DNA of 64,000 bases from positions 96,001 through 160,000 of the forward strand of contig CAXXET010000008.1 of assembly GCA_963666115.2 (NCBI GenBank), given 5' to 3'. The position numbers were made by a program, and so were the translations under genes. A model generated the notes under the pieces. It was not told the DNA's origin and did no database searches. It was given only the letters and a program-made list of their open reading frames with translations. Shown piece by piece: positions 37,584 through 48,009 of this stretch. How positions within the stretch are numbered: position 1 is the stretch's first letter; each line of letters opens with the position of its first letter. This DNA is from Dehalococcoidia bacterium. Lineage in GTDB: Bacteria > Chloroflexota > Dehalococcoidia > UBA6926.

Positions 37584-38486
37584 ATGACGACGCAAGGGAA
37601 TCGGCCGGCGGAGCCTGTGGATGATGAGAGCGGGGGGCGGCCTGTTTTGTATGAGACGGTCGAGGAGGGGAGCATCGCTGTCATTACGCTGCATCGGCCT
37701 GGGGTGCTCAATGCTATCAACGGGGCGTTGACGTCCGCGCTCACGGATTATTTGGCGCAGGCCGAGGCGGATGAGAACGTGCGCGTCGTGATCATTCGCG
37801 GGGCGGGGCGGGCGTTCTCGGCCGGCGGCGACATTACGGAGTCGTCTCGCCGCATCCTCGCCAACGATGAATCGCTGGAGCGCGCGACGCCCGGGGCGGC
37901 GCACATCGCGGTGTGGGAGCTGTCCAAGCCGGTGATCGCCGCCGTACACGGGTACGCGATCGGGCTCGCGTTCGAGCTGGCGGGGGTGTGCGATTTCACG
38001 GTGCTGGCGGAGGACGCGAAGGTGGGGGAAATCCAAATCCGGCACGGGTACGGGCCGCCGGTGCTGATGACGCCGTACGTGGTGACGCTGAAGCGGGCGA
38101 AGGAGATCCTGCTGCTGGGCGACATGGTGGACGCGCGGGAGGCGCTCGCCATGGGGCTGGTGAATCGCGTCGCGCCGGCGGACAAGGTGATGGATGAGGC
38201 GCTGTCCATCGCGCGGCGCATCGCGGCTTTGCCGGCGGCGACGGTCAGCATGAACAAGGCGCTCATCAACCGCTCGTATGAGGTTGGAGGGTTCCGGACG
38301 GCGTTGAATTATCGCGACGATGAGGCGTTTGCCGATCTGTGGGCGTCATCGCAGCAGGACGCGGAGACGCGGGAACGGCTGCAGGTGCTGCAGGACCGCG
38401 GCTGGGAGGCGTTCCGCAATGAGCGCGACGCGCGGTACCACGGTCGGACGGCGGAGGAAGAGGCGGCGGCGCGGGAGGGGGGCTAA
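37584..38486 (+). CDS. Enoyl-CoA hydratase/isomerase
   Basis: LHRPGVLNA, GRAFSAGGD, KPVIAAVHGYAIG, GLVNRV. Confidence 0.9.
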   Translation: MTTQGNRPAEPVDDESGGRPVLYETVEEGSIAVITLHRPGVLNAINGALTSALTDYLAQAEADENVRVVIIRGAGRAFSAGGDITESSRRILANDESLERATPGAAHIAVWELSKPVIAAVHGYAIGLAFELAGVCDFTVLAEDAKVGEIQIRHGYGPPVLMTPYVVTLKRAKEILLLGDMVDAREALAMGLVNRVAPADKVMDEALSIARRIAALPAATVSMNKALINRSYEVGGFRTALNYRDDEAFADLWASSQQDAETRERLQVLQDRGWEAFRNERDARYHGRTAEEEAAAREGG

Positions 38487-38505
38487 TCCTCCCGTCATTC
38501 CTACC

Positions 38506-38658
38506 GTGGCAACAACCATCATCGGCATCGTAATCGGCGTCGCCGTCGGCCTGCTTTACGGCCTCACGGTGGGGCCGCTGTGGCTGGGGATCATGCTGGG
38601 GACGGGGCTGGGGGTGGCGTTGGTTGTTGTTTTGGAGCGGCGGGGGGTAGTAGGCTAA
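38506..38658 (+). CDS. Small membrane protein
   Basis: Two Gly-rich hydrophobic segments. Confidence 0.35.
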   Translation: MATTIIGIVIGVAVGLLYGLTVGPLWLGIMLGTGLGVALVVVLERRGVVG

Positions 38659-38663
38659 TCCTC

Positions 38664-39197
38664 ATGGACGCCAAGATTGAAGTAATCCTTCTGCCGTATG
38701 ACTCATCTGAGGGTGCGAGTATGCTCGCGCGGCTGACCTCCGAGCTCAATAGCGGTGCGTGGACTCGTTTTCGAGCCGCAGTGGCGTTCGCTCGATCTTC
38801 GGGCAATGATACACAGCTAATCGAAGCACTTCAGAATTTTGCCAATCGCGGAGGTCTCATTGCGTTGACTTTTGGCGCGGATACTTTCGCAGGGGACGCC
38901 AAAGGGTCTGATTACGACGCAATCGAGCACATAGTAGCTTCGCTTGATCCCGAGGCGACGCGTGTATATCTCTACCACGAAAATGGTCGCACCTTCCATC
39001 CCAAAGTTTACTTGTTCGACAATAGTGAAGAGCAGCAAGCTCTTCTAATTGTCGGATCATCAAATTGGGGTGAAGGAGGACTAATCACGAATATCGAGGC
39101 GAACATAGTCGTTCATCTGGATCTCTCAGACGCATCGCATGCGGAACTGTACACTAGAGTAAATGACTGTTTCGCATCCTATTGGAGCGAGTCATGA
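38664..39197 (+). CDS. PLD-family (HKD) nuclease, NgoFVII/BfiI-like N-terminal domain
   Basis: AVAFARSSG, FHPKVYLF, IVGSSNW..GGL.TNIEAN. Confidence 0.8.
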   Translation: MDAKIEVILLPYDSSEGASMLARLTSELNSGAWTRFRAAVAFARSSGNDTQLIEALQNFANRGGLIALTFGADTFAGDAKGSDYDAIEHIVASLDPEATRVYLYHENGRTFHPKVYLFDNSEEQQALLIVGSSNWGEGGLITNIEANIVVHLDLSDASHAELYTRVNDCFASYWSES

Positions 39198-39955
39198 GTA
39201 TTCCCGGAACAGGTTGGGCACGCCGAGTGACCATTGCGACACTAAATGACTTCCGTACATTGCTCCGTACAGGAACGGAGCGGGCTGCCGAAACTCAAGT
39301 CGCCCCAGAGGTCGCCAGCAATGAGGCGCCGGAAGAAGGCCCTGCAGCCTCAGTACAGGGCACGGCTGATCGCGAGGTTACGGACGTCAGCACCCTGTTC
39401 GCGGGCATTTCCATTGAAGTGCCCGCTGAGTTCCACTCGCGATATTCTCGTGTACGCCCTACGGGCCCTATCACTACCCCGTCCTCTACGACCCCGCCTC
39501 CCCCACCTGTGCCCATCCGCCGTTGGTTCAAGCAAATGAGCGCGGCTGATGCGCAGAGACCGCTGGGACAGAACACAAATCCCACTGGCCACGTGACTTT
39601 GGTCAAGGCCGGGCATCCGATTCAGCAGGCCACCTGGTTTCGTCACGAGCTATTCGCTGGGCAGCGTTGGACCGAATTCGCATCGTCCAGGGGTCCACGC
39701 GAGCGCGCAACAATAACATTCCGGCTGCAGATAGACGGAGTCGAACTCGGCAACGTTGAGTTAGACGTTACTTATACTCCAAGCTTTGAAGCCCAGCAAG
39801 CTAATAGGACTACAGTTGTGCACTGGGGTCAGATGATGAATGGTCGCCTAAGAGAAAACGACTACACGAACTACTACATCACCATTGAGAGGTCAGAAGC
39901 CGGAGAATTCCTAATGGTGATTGACACTAGTCCTGCTGGGCAATTTGAAGGTTAG
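39194..39955 (+). CDS. Putative DNA-recognition module of the PLD nuclease (separate gene or frameshifted C-terminus)
   Basis: ATGA overlap with PLD gene; Pro-rich linker then beta-rich domain; convergent overlap with the MTase. Confidence 0.5.
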   Translation: MSIPGTGWARRVTIATLNDFRTLLRTGTERAAETQVAPEVASNEAPEEGPAASVQGTADREVTDVSTLFAGISIEVPAEFHSRYSRVRPTGPITTPSSTTPPPPPVPIRRWFKQMSAADAQRPLGQNTNPTGHVTLVKAGHPIQQATWFRHELFAGQRWTEFASSRGPRERATITFRLQIDGVELGNVELDVTYTPSFEAQQANRTTVVHWGQMMNGRLRENDYTNYYITIERSEAGEFLMVIDTSPAGQFEG

Positions 39956-41715
39956 CCATGACCATTTCGGACCGCTCGCGCCGAAGTGCGCCAATGGGCC
40001 AGCGAGGCGATTCCCTCATACACAAGTTCCAGATCGGAGTCGTTAAGGCCGAGGGTTTCCTTCAGCACTACCCTATCGCCAGCCTTGTAGGCGCCTTCTA
40101 CGTCCCCCATTGCCAGATGCCGGTCAACCTCCTCCAGCCCAGCCCTCGGAGCATTCACATGGCTCACAATGCGGATGTTGCCGGTCTCTCGCGGGACCAT
40201 GATCATCACCCCGCCACCGAGCGAATGAACCTCTGTTTCGATATGGAGGAGAGTAACTGATGTGTACCAGCGGGCGGCAAAACTGGGGGCATCGATCCCG
40301 TCGAGGTAACCACATAGCAAACTGTTGGATGCAGCGATGCCATCATCGTTCACCGCCAAAATGGGGCGTTCTGTAAACACCGTCAAGACAACATCGGGGC
40401 TCTTCACATAGGGCACGATGTACCAGGGATCCCTAACCCGGCACTTGTATCTCTGATCAACGCCAAGCTGCACACCATACCTAACGTAAGCCAGATCGGA
40501 GTCACTCATGCCGGAATCGCCTGCCAAGGGGTAAAAAAGGTTGTCAATGGAAGCGTCGGGCATCCTCGATGTGTACAGCCCTGCTCCTCGAAGACTCCTG
40601 CTTGAGCTTACAGTTCGCACCAAGGACTCGTCGGTAAGCCCGAATCTGGAACGAGCATCATTCGATGGGTGGAAGAAGGACTTATCTCCGGCGATATATC
40701 CGATGTTGAAGCGAGCCATCTTTCTTGCAGGAACCGTGTTTGGCTCAATCACATGGGTCAGCAATTCCCTAAGCTCCGGCTTGATGTGCGCCCAAACAAA
40801 CGGCCTTTCGCCCTCTACAATAGCGGCAACCTCGATGTCGGCCTCCACCTCTGGTGAATCCATCAGAAAGTCCCTTATTTGCAAGTATGCACGATAGCCG
40901 ACTGTGTTGCAGGTGGCCCCTTTATTGCTCGCCATCAGGATAATTACATCCTGCAATATGTTAGGAAATACGCGTTCTCTGCTTCTAATTACTTGCAATT
41001 CCCCGAACTGCGAAGCAAGGTATGCCCATAGGGGACGCGCGTACCGTACATAGGTGGCATCAAGTGGGAGTACTAGAGCTAGTCGACCTCCACGCCGAAC
41101 AAAGGGAACAGCATGAGCCACGAAAGGCATCCACAGACTCCCGGACGGTTCCATATCGATGCCCAGTTGAGCTGAGACTGCGTCCATTGCAACCCCTGCC
41201 TCCATGGCTGTCATATGACGCAACCTGACGTAAGGAGGATTTCCAATCACGGCATCAACTTCTATGGGGTTTACTCGCAAGAAATCGTCGAGGATTGCGT
41301 CTGATGGTTGGATGACTCCAGATTCGACAGTCCGGGAAAATGCCTGCTCATCAATCTCTACTCCGATCAGCCTTGGAGGAGTCTTTTCCATTTCGGACGA
41401 CACCTTATTCAGAGCATGCAGAAACGTACCATCGCCAAAGCTTGGCTCGAGAACTGTTTGGGGAGCACTCTCCAAGACCCAGGCGGCCATGAATTCAGCG
41501 GCGGACGCCGGTGTGTAGAAGGCACCACGGCCCTGGCGCCGCGTGTGAATTATTCTACTAATGTCGCGATATGCCTCTTCGCCATCCAGACCAGTTCTGC
41601 CGATAAATGGATGCAGACCCGTAGCGGAGTCATCGCCACGCCCCAGCCCACTAATCCCGGCACGAGAGCCAATTAATCGAATTTGGGCGGGCGATCCTCC
41701 AGTCTTCTTGGCCAA
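39952..41715 (-). CDS. N6-adenine DNA methyltransferase (gamma class)
   Basis: GAFYTP, VLEPSFGDGTF, VIGNPPYVR. Confidence 0.88.
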   Translation of the reverse strand: MAKKTGGSPAQIRLIGSRAGISGLGRGDDSATGLHPFIGRTGLDGEEAYRDISRIIHTRRQGRGAFYTPASAAEFMAAWVLESAPQTVLEPSFGDGTFLHALNKVSSEMEKTPPRLIGVEIDEQAFSRTVESGVIQPSDAILDDFLRVNPIEVDAVIGNPPYVRLRHMTAMEAGVAMDAVSAQLGIDMEPSGSLWMPFVAHAVPFVRRGGRLALVLPLDATYVRYARPLWAYLASQFGELQVIRSRERVFPNILQDVIILMASNKGATCNTVGYRAYLQIRDFLMDSPEVEADIEVAAIVEGERPFVWAHIKPELRELLTHVIEPNTVPARKMARFNIGYIAGDKSFFHPSNDARSRFGLTDESLVRTVSSSRSLRGAGLYTSRMPDASIDNLFYPLAGDSGMSDSDLAYVRYGVQLGVDQRYKCRVRDPWYIVPYVKSPDVVLTVFTERPILAVNDDGIAASNSLLCGYLDGIDAPSFAARWYTSVTLLHIETEVHSLGGGVMIMVPRETGNIRIVSHVNAPRAGLEEVDRHLAMGDVEGAYKAGDRVVLKETLGLNDSDLELVYEGIASLAHWRTSARAVRNGHG

Positions 41716-41736
41716 GATGCGTTGCCTCCCACTAAC

Positions 41737-41750
41737 AGAATGCGCGTTCG
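41737..41750. promoter_or_regulatory. Putative LexA (SOS) box upstream of the N6-MTase
   Basis: AGAAT-GCGC-GTTCG, one mismatch to GAAC-N4-GTTC and one base different from the box at 62899. Confidence 0.5.
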
Positions 41751-41771
41751 CTTTCAGGGACTATAGCACAT

Positions 41772-43553
41772 TCAGACGTCGTTGTCTTGCGCCACCCCAC
41801 CATCATTACCGCGTGTCATCTGCTCGCCCCCTGCTCCGCGCCCCCGTATCAGCGCCTGGTAGTGCCGCCCCCACAAGGGATCGTTCTCCACCGACGTGAA
41901 GTCTTCCTGGCCCCAGATCCAGCTTCTGACTTCTTCGTTGGAGGCTACTGCGGCTCTTAGGGCGTTGACCGCTAGTTCCGCGCGGCCCTGGCGTCCCAGG
42001 ACGCGGGCGTACCAGAATAGGGCCTCCGCCGAATCGTCGGGGCGCGCCTTTACCGATGCGTTCAGGGAGTCCAGGGCCTGGGTTAACATTCCCACGTCGG
42101 CGAAGGCGACGCCGCGGTTGTAGAGGGCGTCGGCGTGATCGGGGGCGACGCGGAGAGCGGCATCGAACGAATCGATGGCCTCCATGGTGCGGCGCATCTG
42201 GGCGAGGGCGTTGCCGCGGTTGTTGAGGGCGTCCGGGTGGTCCGGCCGCAGCGCGAGGACGCGGTTGTATGACTCCAGCGCCGCCGCATAGTCCTGCAGC
42301 TCCATGTACGCATTGCCACGGCTGTTCTCGGCGTCCGCGTGGCGCGGCTCAATCTCAATCGCGCGTTCAAACTCGCCCAGCGCGTCGCCGAGCAGGTCTT
42401 TGCGGTAGAAGACGATGCCGCGCCCGTGGTGGGCGTCCGGGTGCCGCTCCACCAGTTGGAGTGCCAAATTGAACGAGCCGAGGGCATCGTCCAGCCTGTC
42501 CAACTGGTTCAGGACGAGGCCGCGATAGACGAGAGCCTCGACGTGATCGGGGCGCCGGAGGAGGGCGTCCTGGAGGGCGATGAGGGCGTCTTCGGCCTTG
42601 CCGACGGCCAGCAGGGCGCGCCCCCTGGCGGAGAGGGCGCGGGCGTGGCCGGGCTCGAGGGCGATGGCGCGGTCGCACGCCGCAATCGCCTCGTCGTACC
42701 GCTCCAACTCTATGAGGGCGGCGGCGACGTTGACGTGCATGACGGGGAGGTCTTCGTGGTCGTGGAGCGCCTCCTGGAACGACGCCAGGGCCTGCTGCGT
42801 CTGGCCGGCGAGCATGAAGACGTTGCCGGAGTTGACCTTCGGCTCGATCAGGTCAGGGTCGATTTCAATGGCGCGGCGGTAGCTGGCAAAGGCGGGCTCC
42901 ATGCGCCCGAGCCGGACGAGGACGTTGCCGCGGTTGTTGAGGGCGTGGGCCGGGCGGACTGCGCCGAGCCGCAGGACGCGCTCCATCGCCTCCAACGACT
43001 CATCGAAGCGGCTCAGTTCCGCCAGGGCCGCCGCGCGGCCCCCGATGGCGTTCACGTTCTCGGAATCGACGGCGATGACCCTGTCAAAGCTGCGGAGGGC
43101 ATCCTGCGGCTTGGCGAGAGCCAGGAACGAGACACCGCTTGCGTAGGAGACCTTTCCGACGATCTTGCGGTTGCGGCGGGCGAAATCGAAGGATTCAACG
43201 GCGGCATCGAACTGGCGCTGCCGCATGAGCGCGAGGCCGCGCAGATACCAGATGTCCGGGGCCTGCTTGTCCGTTGCGCCGTCAAGCGCGTACTCATAGG
43301 CGACGAGGGCGCGGAGCCAATCGCCGCTGCTTGCCCACGCGCGCCCCTCGAGGAGCCAATCCGGGGTGGTCTTGTCATCGGAGGCCAGCTCGAGGAGGTG
43401 GTCCAGGAGGATGCCGATCTGCCCGGCGGCGTCCGGGAGGCGGGAGGCGAGCAGGTCGGCATTGACCCAATCATCGCCTCGCGGCCAGTCCAGCGGACTC
43501 TCGAGGAGTTCGATGGCGGTGCCCCGGAGATCGAGGAGGGGCGGCAGGCTCAC
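41772..43553 (-). CDS. TPR repeat protein
   Basis: Many 34-aa TPR units (NNRGNAL...A.....P.H.DA). Confidence 0.9.
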   Translation of the reverse strand: MSLPPLLDLRGTAIELLESPLDWPRGDDWVNADLLASRLPDAAGQIGILLDHLLELASDDKTTPDWLLEGRAWASSGDWLRALVAYEYALDGATDKQAPDIWYLRGLALMRQRQFDAAVESFDFARRNRKIVGKVSYASGVSFLALAKPQDALRSFDRVIAVDSENVNAIGGRAAALAELSRFDESLEAMERVLRLGAVRPAHALNNRGNVLVRLGRMEPAFASYRRAIEIDPDLIEPKVNSGNVFMLAGQTQQALASFQEALHDHEDLPVMHVNVAAALIELERYDEAIAACDRAIALEPGHARALSARGRALLAVGKAEDALIALQDALLRRPDHVEALVYRGLVLNQLDRLDDALGSFNLALQLVERHPDAHHGRGIVFYRKDLLGDALGEFERAIEIEPRHADAENSRGNAYMELQDYAAALESYNRVLALRPDHPDALNNRGNALAQMRRTMEAIDSFDAALRVAPDHADALYNRGVAFADVGMLTQALDSLNASVKARPDDSAEALFWYARVLGRQGRAELAVNALRAAVASNEEVRSWIWGQEDFTSVENDPLWGRHYQALIRGRGAGGEQMTRGNDGGVAQDNDV

Positions 43554-44252
43554 GCGCGCTGCCTCCCGTTGTCCGCGCCTTCCGCGAGGATATCGCCGAT
43601 GGACGTGCCGGCGGGCGCGGCGTCTTCAGCGGGGGGCGGGGGGGGCTTGCGGCGGGGCGTCCTGGACGGCGAACGGGGAGACGATGGGGATGTCCTCGAA
43701 TGCGGTTGAGCCGTCCGCGCGGAGGCGGCGCAGTTCGGTTTCGGCCTCGGCGAGATAGGAGGCGATTGCGTCGCGCTCGATACGGGCAATCTCGGGGCGG
43801 GCGCGGAGGAATCCACGGAGGACGGCGTGGTAGCGCTCCGCCGCGACCACAAGCTCGGCGGCGAGCGTTTGGCGCTCCTCCTCGCTGTCCCCGGCGGCGG
43901 CTGACAGGCGGAGGCGGATCGCGTTGACAAGCTCGCCCTGCCGCTTGACGGCGTCAGCCTCCGCAGCGGCGGCCTGCTGATCAAGCTCCCTGTTTCGCAG
44001 TTCCGCCTGGCTGCGGAGGGTGAGCGCGAGAATGACCAGGGCGGCGAACGCGATGACGGTGACGGCCATGGGGATGAAGCCGGCGGCGATGCCGCTGCCG
44101 ATGGTTGAGAAGGGGATGGTGATGAGGCCGGTCAGGTGGAGGATGGCGAGAATCGTGGAGGTGAGGATCAGCACGATGGCGGCGGCGAGCGTGAGGATGC
44201 GCCACTCGCCGAGGAGCGATTCAGGGTTCAGCAGGGCGCGGAACGTGTTCAC
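43550..44252 (-). CDS. Membrane protein; C-terminus ambiguous (stop at 43626 or frameshift in a G run to 43550)
   Basis: Two TM helices then coiled coil; sits between the two TPR genes. Confidence 0.55.
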
Positions 44253-44279
44253 AACGAAATAGGCCGGTTGGTTTGCCGT

Positions 44280-45626
44280 TCACCGCGCGATGAGCTGCTC
44301 AAACCGCGACGCGACGTCCGGGTCCGAATAGAGCGCGCCAAAGTCGGTTTCCGTCTTGGCCTGTTCACGCAGCGTGGGGGATGCGGCGACGGCCTGGCGG
44401 AGGGCGTCAAGGGCTTCCGCCGTCTGTCCCAGCCGGCTTTGCGCCCTGGCCTTGTGGAAGAGCGCGTCGGCAAAGCCGGGGCGCAGGACGGCGGCGCGGT
44501 CAAATGCGGCGACGGCCTCCCGGAACTGCTCCAGCCGCGCAAGGGCGACACCCCGGCCATAGTGGGCCTCCGGGATGTCCAGGCGCAGGCGCAGGCAGCG
44601 CTCAAAGGACTCCGCGGCCTCCTCAAACTGCCCCATGCGGGAGTAGGTGACGCCCCGGTTGTAGTGGGCGCGGGCGAAGGCGGGGCGAAGGCGGATGGCC
44701 TGGTCATAGGAGCGCAGGGCCTCGTCATTGCGGCCGGCGAGGGCGAGCGCATTGCCGAGGTCGTTGTGGAGGTCAGGGTTGTCGGACAGGTAGGCGCGGG
44801 CGCTCTCAAAGCCCGCGATGGCGTCATCGAGGCGACCGGAATCGGAGAGGGCGCGGGCGCGGTCGTAGATGATGTCGCCGTCCTGGCCGCTGATGCGGAG
44901 CGCGGCGTCGAAATCCCGGACGGCATCGTCGAACCTGTCCATGTCGGCAAGGACGTTGCCGCGCCCGGCCAGGATGTCCGGATCGGCATCGCCGCTCGCG
45001 GACACGAGCGCGTCATAGACCTGGAGGGCCTCGCGCAGGTCGCCGTCGCGCTGGAGGGAGACGGCGTAGAGGAGGCGAATTTGGGCGTCGTCCGGCGTTT
45101 CGCGCAGGGCCTGCCTATAGGCGACCGCCGCGCGTTCGTCATCGCCGATGGCAAGGTAGGCGTTGCCGCGAACCACCCAGTCCTGCGCCGAGAAGGACTC
45201 CAGGACGGCGGAGCTTTCAAGGAGCTTGCGCACGTCGGCCCGCAGATTGGCCTGGACAGCGTTGGCGGAGGCGGCATCGCGGGAGGAGGGGGCGCGGCTC
45301 CTCAAGGCGCGCTGGGCGCGCCACGCCTCCTCGTGGGATTCATACATGCGGCGGAGGCGCTCGGCCTCCTCGTTGTCGCCGCGCCGCTCGGCGGAGGCGA
45401 TCTGGCGCTCAAAGCTGCGCCAGAAGTCCTGCTCCACCTCGGCGCGGACTTCCTCGCGGTCGGGGGCGTCAGCGCCGTCTGCGTCCTCCGGCAGGGCTTG
45501 GGCGCGGCGTCGCTCGGACATGTCGCGGAGGAGGCTGCTGAAGAATTGCGCGCGCCATTCGAGGTACGCGCCGCCGATCAGCGCGGCCACAACAAGCACA
45601 ACAATTATGAGCGTTAAGTCCAACAT
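44280..45626 (-). CDS. Membrane-anchored TPR repeat protein
   Basis: N-terminal TM helix, TPR array, terminal A..E.DF..L motif. Confidence 0.85.
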   Translation of the reverse strand: MLDLTLIIVVLVVAALIGGAYLEWRAQFFSSLLRDMSERRRAQALPEDADGADAPDREEVRAEVEQDFWRSFERQIASAERRGDNEEAERLRRMYESHEEAWRAQRALRSRAPSSRDAASANAVQANLRADVRKLLESSAVLESFSAQDWVVRGNAYLAIGDDERAAVAYRQALRETPDDAQIRLLYAVSLQRDGDLREALQVYDALVSASGDADPDILAGRGNVLADMDRFDDAVRDFDAALRISGQDGDIIYDRARALSDSGRLDDAIAGFESARAYLSDNPDLHNDLGNALALAGRNDEALRSYDQAIRLRPAFARAHYNRGVTYSRMGQFEEAAESFERCLRLRLDIPEAHYGRGVALARLEQFREAVAAFDRAAVLRPGFADALFHKARAQSRLGQTAEALDALRQAVAASPTLREQAKTETDFGALYSDPDVASRFEQLIAR

Positions 45627-45899
45627 ATAGGGGAAAGGGTACTCCGTACGGGGGCAGACGGCAACATGGGGGGCTCCGGGCATGGGGGTTCACCCTTCGA
45701 CAGGCTCAGGGTGAACGGGGGGGTCATTGAGGCTTTGGATTCTTCCCGGTAGTCTACCGCCTACTCCGCCGCGAACACCGAGACCTGCCAGCCCCGCCGG
45801 TCAGGGTAGCGGCGGAGTGACTCCATACCCTGCCAAGCCCTTGTATAGTGAGTGTGAACGAGAGAAATCCGGATGAGGCGATGCGAGTAATTGCAGCAG

Positions 45900-45980
45900 A
45901 TACCAGGGAGACACCAGCGGACACTGGAGCGAATGCGATCAAGCCCCACGCCTGTGGACATGGAGAGGGCTGATGCTTGA
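45900..45980 (+). pseudogene. Truncated HicA-like toxin remnant
   Basis: Frame reads GRHQRTLERMRSSPTPVDMERADA*, resembling a HicA N-terminus, directly before hicB. Confidence 0.4.
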
Positions 45981-46203
45981 ATACAAGGGGTACGTCGGCG
46001 AGGTGGTCTATGACGATGAGGCCGAGGTTCTGCACGCCAGGGTCATCAACAGCGGCCCATACTCGATAGCCAATGCCGAGGCGACCGACGTGGAGGGCAT
46101 CAAGCGTGAGTTCCGCGTCTCGATCGATGTCTATCTTGCCGGCTGCGCCGAGCTTGGAATCGAGCCGATCAAGCCCATTGCAGTTCCCGTTGCGTCCGGT
46201 TAA
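45973..46203 (+). CDS. hicB: HicB family antitoxin
   Basis: MLEYKGYVGEV.YD...HARVIN...EFRVSIDVYL..C.E.GIEP.KP. Confidence 0.85.
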   Translation: MLEYKGYVGEVVYDDEAEVLHARVINSGPYSIANAEATDVEGIKREFRVSIDVYLAGCAELGIEPIKPIAVPVASG

Positions 46204-46212
46204 GGCGCCCCA

Positions 46213-46239
46213 TCACCCCTCCCCAAACAACCCCCCCTC
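46213..46239 (+). repeat. 27-bp direct repeat, left of the dcm-vsr-EcoRII cassette
   Basis: TCACCCCTCCCCAAACAACCCCCCCTC, identical at 49181-49207. Confidence 0.75.
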
Positions 46240-46322
46240 ACCCCAGAACCGGCGCCAACGGGCGGAAGCGCTTGGGAGTGCTCACGCTGGCCTCGTCACC
46301 TTGGGGCTGGAGGAGATGGCGC

Positions 46323-47533
46323 TTATTGGAGTAGCCTCAAATCGCCAAGAAAGCTCTCCAGAGTCTGTAGATGCGGCCGGATGCTGGACGAATAGCTGTC
46401 GTGCAAAGACTTCGGCACAACAAGGCTCAGATTGGCCTCCTGAATCTCCCTGAACTGATTGTCAGACAAGCCGGGTTGCAGAGTGAGAACGTGCTTGTTC
46501 GGAATTCTGGCTGCCTCCTGCATTATTTGGCGCCAACGGTCGCGCAACGTCGTCTTCACAGCCAACATTCGCAGCCGATTGCCGGGAAAGGCAGAGTCAT
46601 GATATGAGGCGGCGCTTGGGAATAGAAAGTCCGGTTCACGCTTGTCTTCAGTGCGCTGCTTGTAGTCGAAGGTGGTTCCTTCCAGGAAGTTCTCTTCCAG
46701 GAGGATTTGCCTCACATTTAGTTCTAACGCCCCGCCTGCGCGAGACCGGCGTCTCTGCAACACAGACTGGGCGTGCCTGCGAAATTCAGCCATAGTCCTC
46801 GTAGCCCTCCTTAACCCTGGGCAACTCTACGGCCTCTTCAAGGCTGTCAGTTAGCCTATGCTGGCAGTCCCATCGGGTTGTGAGTCTTTCTATCAACGTC
46901 GTCGAATGCGCCGGGCCTCAACTCCAATACCTTACCAAGAAGCTCATTTCCCGAAGGATAGTTCTCAAGCCATTCTGATGGCAGTTCGTCGACGGAGAGT
47001 ACGCAGCCGCTCCTTCCTGCTCGATAGCTGCCGTCTCTCGACCACGTGCGAGGCATACCGGGTTCAACCGGGCCCATCAGTTCGGTAACCAGGTCCTCTT
47101 CCGTGGCGTAGTCGCACACCCAGACTTGGCAGCGCGGACTGCCGTTGCCAGAGGCTCCGTGAAAGGCGAAGACTGTCAGTGCCCCGGTGCTCTCCGGATC
47201 CAGGAGTGGGCTGGATGCGCCACCCCAATTCGTAATCCGTGTCTCATTGCGCGTCCTTCCTTGCGTCACCTTGTTGTTGTACCAGGTGGCCGTCACAGTT
47301 CTGAAATCGGCATGGCTGTCAATCGCAACATCGAACTGAATCTTGGGGTTATGCACTTCGGGGCTGTGCAACTCAGGCAGGAAACTGAACATCGTCTGAT
47401 TCGGAACCAGCAAACCTGCCTGATGGCTGTCATTGGCCTGGGTATCGTTGGCCGATAGACGTTTGGCCCACAGAAAAGTAGCCTGCTCCGCTTGCTCCTC
47501 AAGCCAATCACCCAGATACTGTATCGGCATCAC
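46323..47533 (-). pseudogene. EcoRII-like type IIE restriction endonuclease with two +1 frameshifts (about 46888 and 46797)
   Basis: KRLSANDT..SHQAG, RNETRIT, PESTGAL; RRSRAG..LE, PDFLFPS, LAVKTTLRDRWRQI. Confidence 0.85.
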
Positions 47534-47985
47534 AGCCCTCCAATTTCATGATCCGGCGTGTCGCCATTCAGCCATTCTTCGATCTCATCCAACAATCGAT
47601 CCAACGGCTTCCGAGTCTTACCTTTCAGGGCGCATTCCCAAACGCGGAGTTGTCGCCAGCCTTGGTGGGCAATCGATTGCCGTACTACTGTATCGCGATT
47701 CACTGAGGAGCCGATCTTTTCCCGCCAGAACCTCTGATTTGTCGATGGCCACTTGAAGAGATGGCAGCCGTGGGCATGCCAGAAACAGCCGTGAACGAAG
47801 ATCACGGCTGTTCTTGAAGCAAAAACCAGATCCGGTCTGCCGACCACGTTATTGGCATAGAGCCGGTACCGGAAGCCTCTACGATGCAGGCCGCGTCGAA
47901 TCAGTAGCTCTGGCTTCGTGTTCGAGCCCTTGATCCCCGCCATCATGCGGCTGCGGGTCTCGGTGTCTACGACGTCAGGGGCCAT
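47530..47985 (-). CDS. vsr: Very short patch repair endonuclease
   Basis: RSRMMAGIK..NTKPE, FVHGCFWH.H, VWECAL. Confidence 0.93.
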   Translation of the reverse strand: MAPDVVDTETRSRMMAGIKGSNTKPELLIRRGLHRRGFRYRLYANNVVGRPDLVFASRTAVIFVHGCFWHAHGCHLFKWPSTNQRFWREKIGSSVNRDTVVRQSIAHQGWRQLRVWECALKGKTRKPLDRLLDEIEEWLNGDTPDHEIGGL

Positions 47986-48009
47986 GTCACGGCCTTTCCG
48001 GAACCTGGC

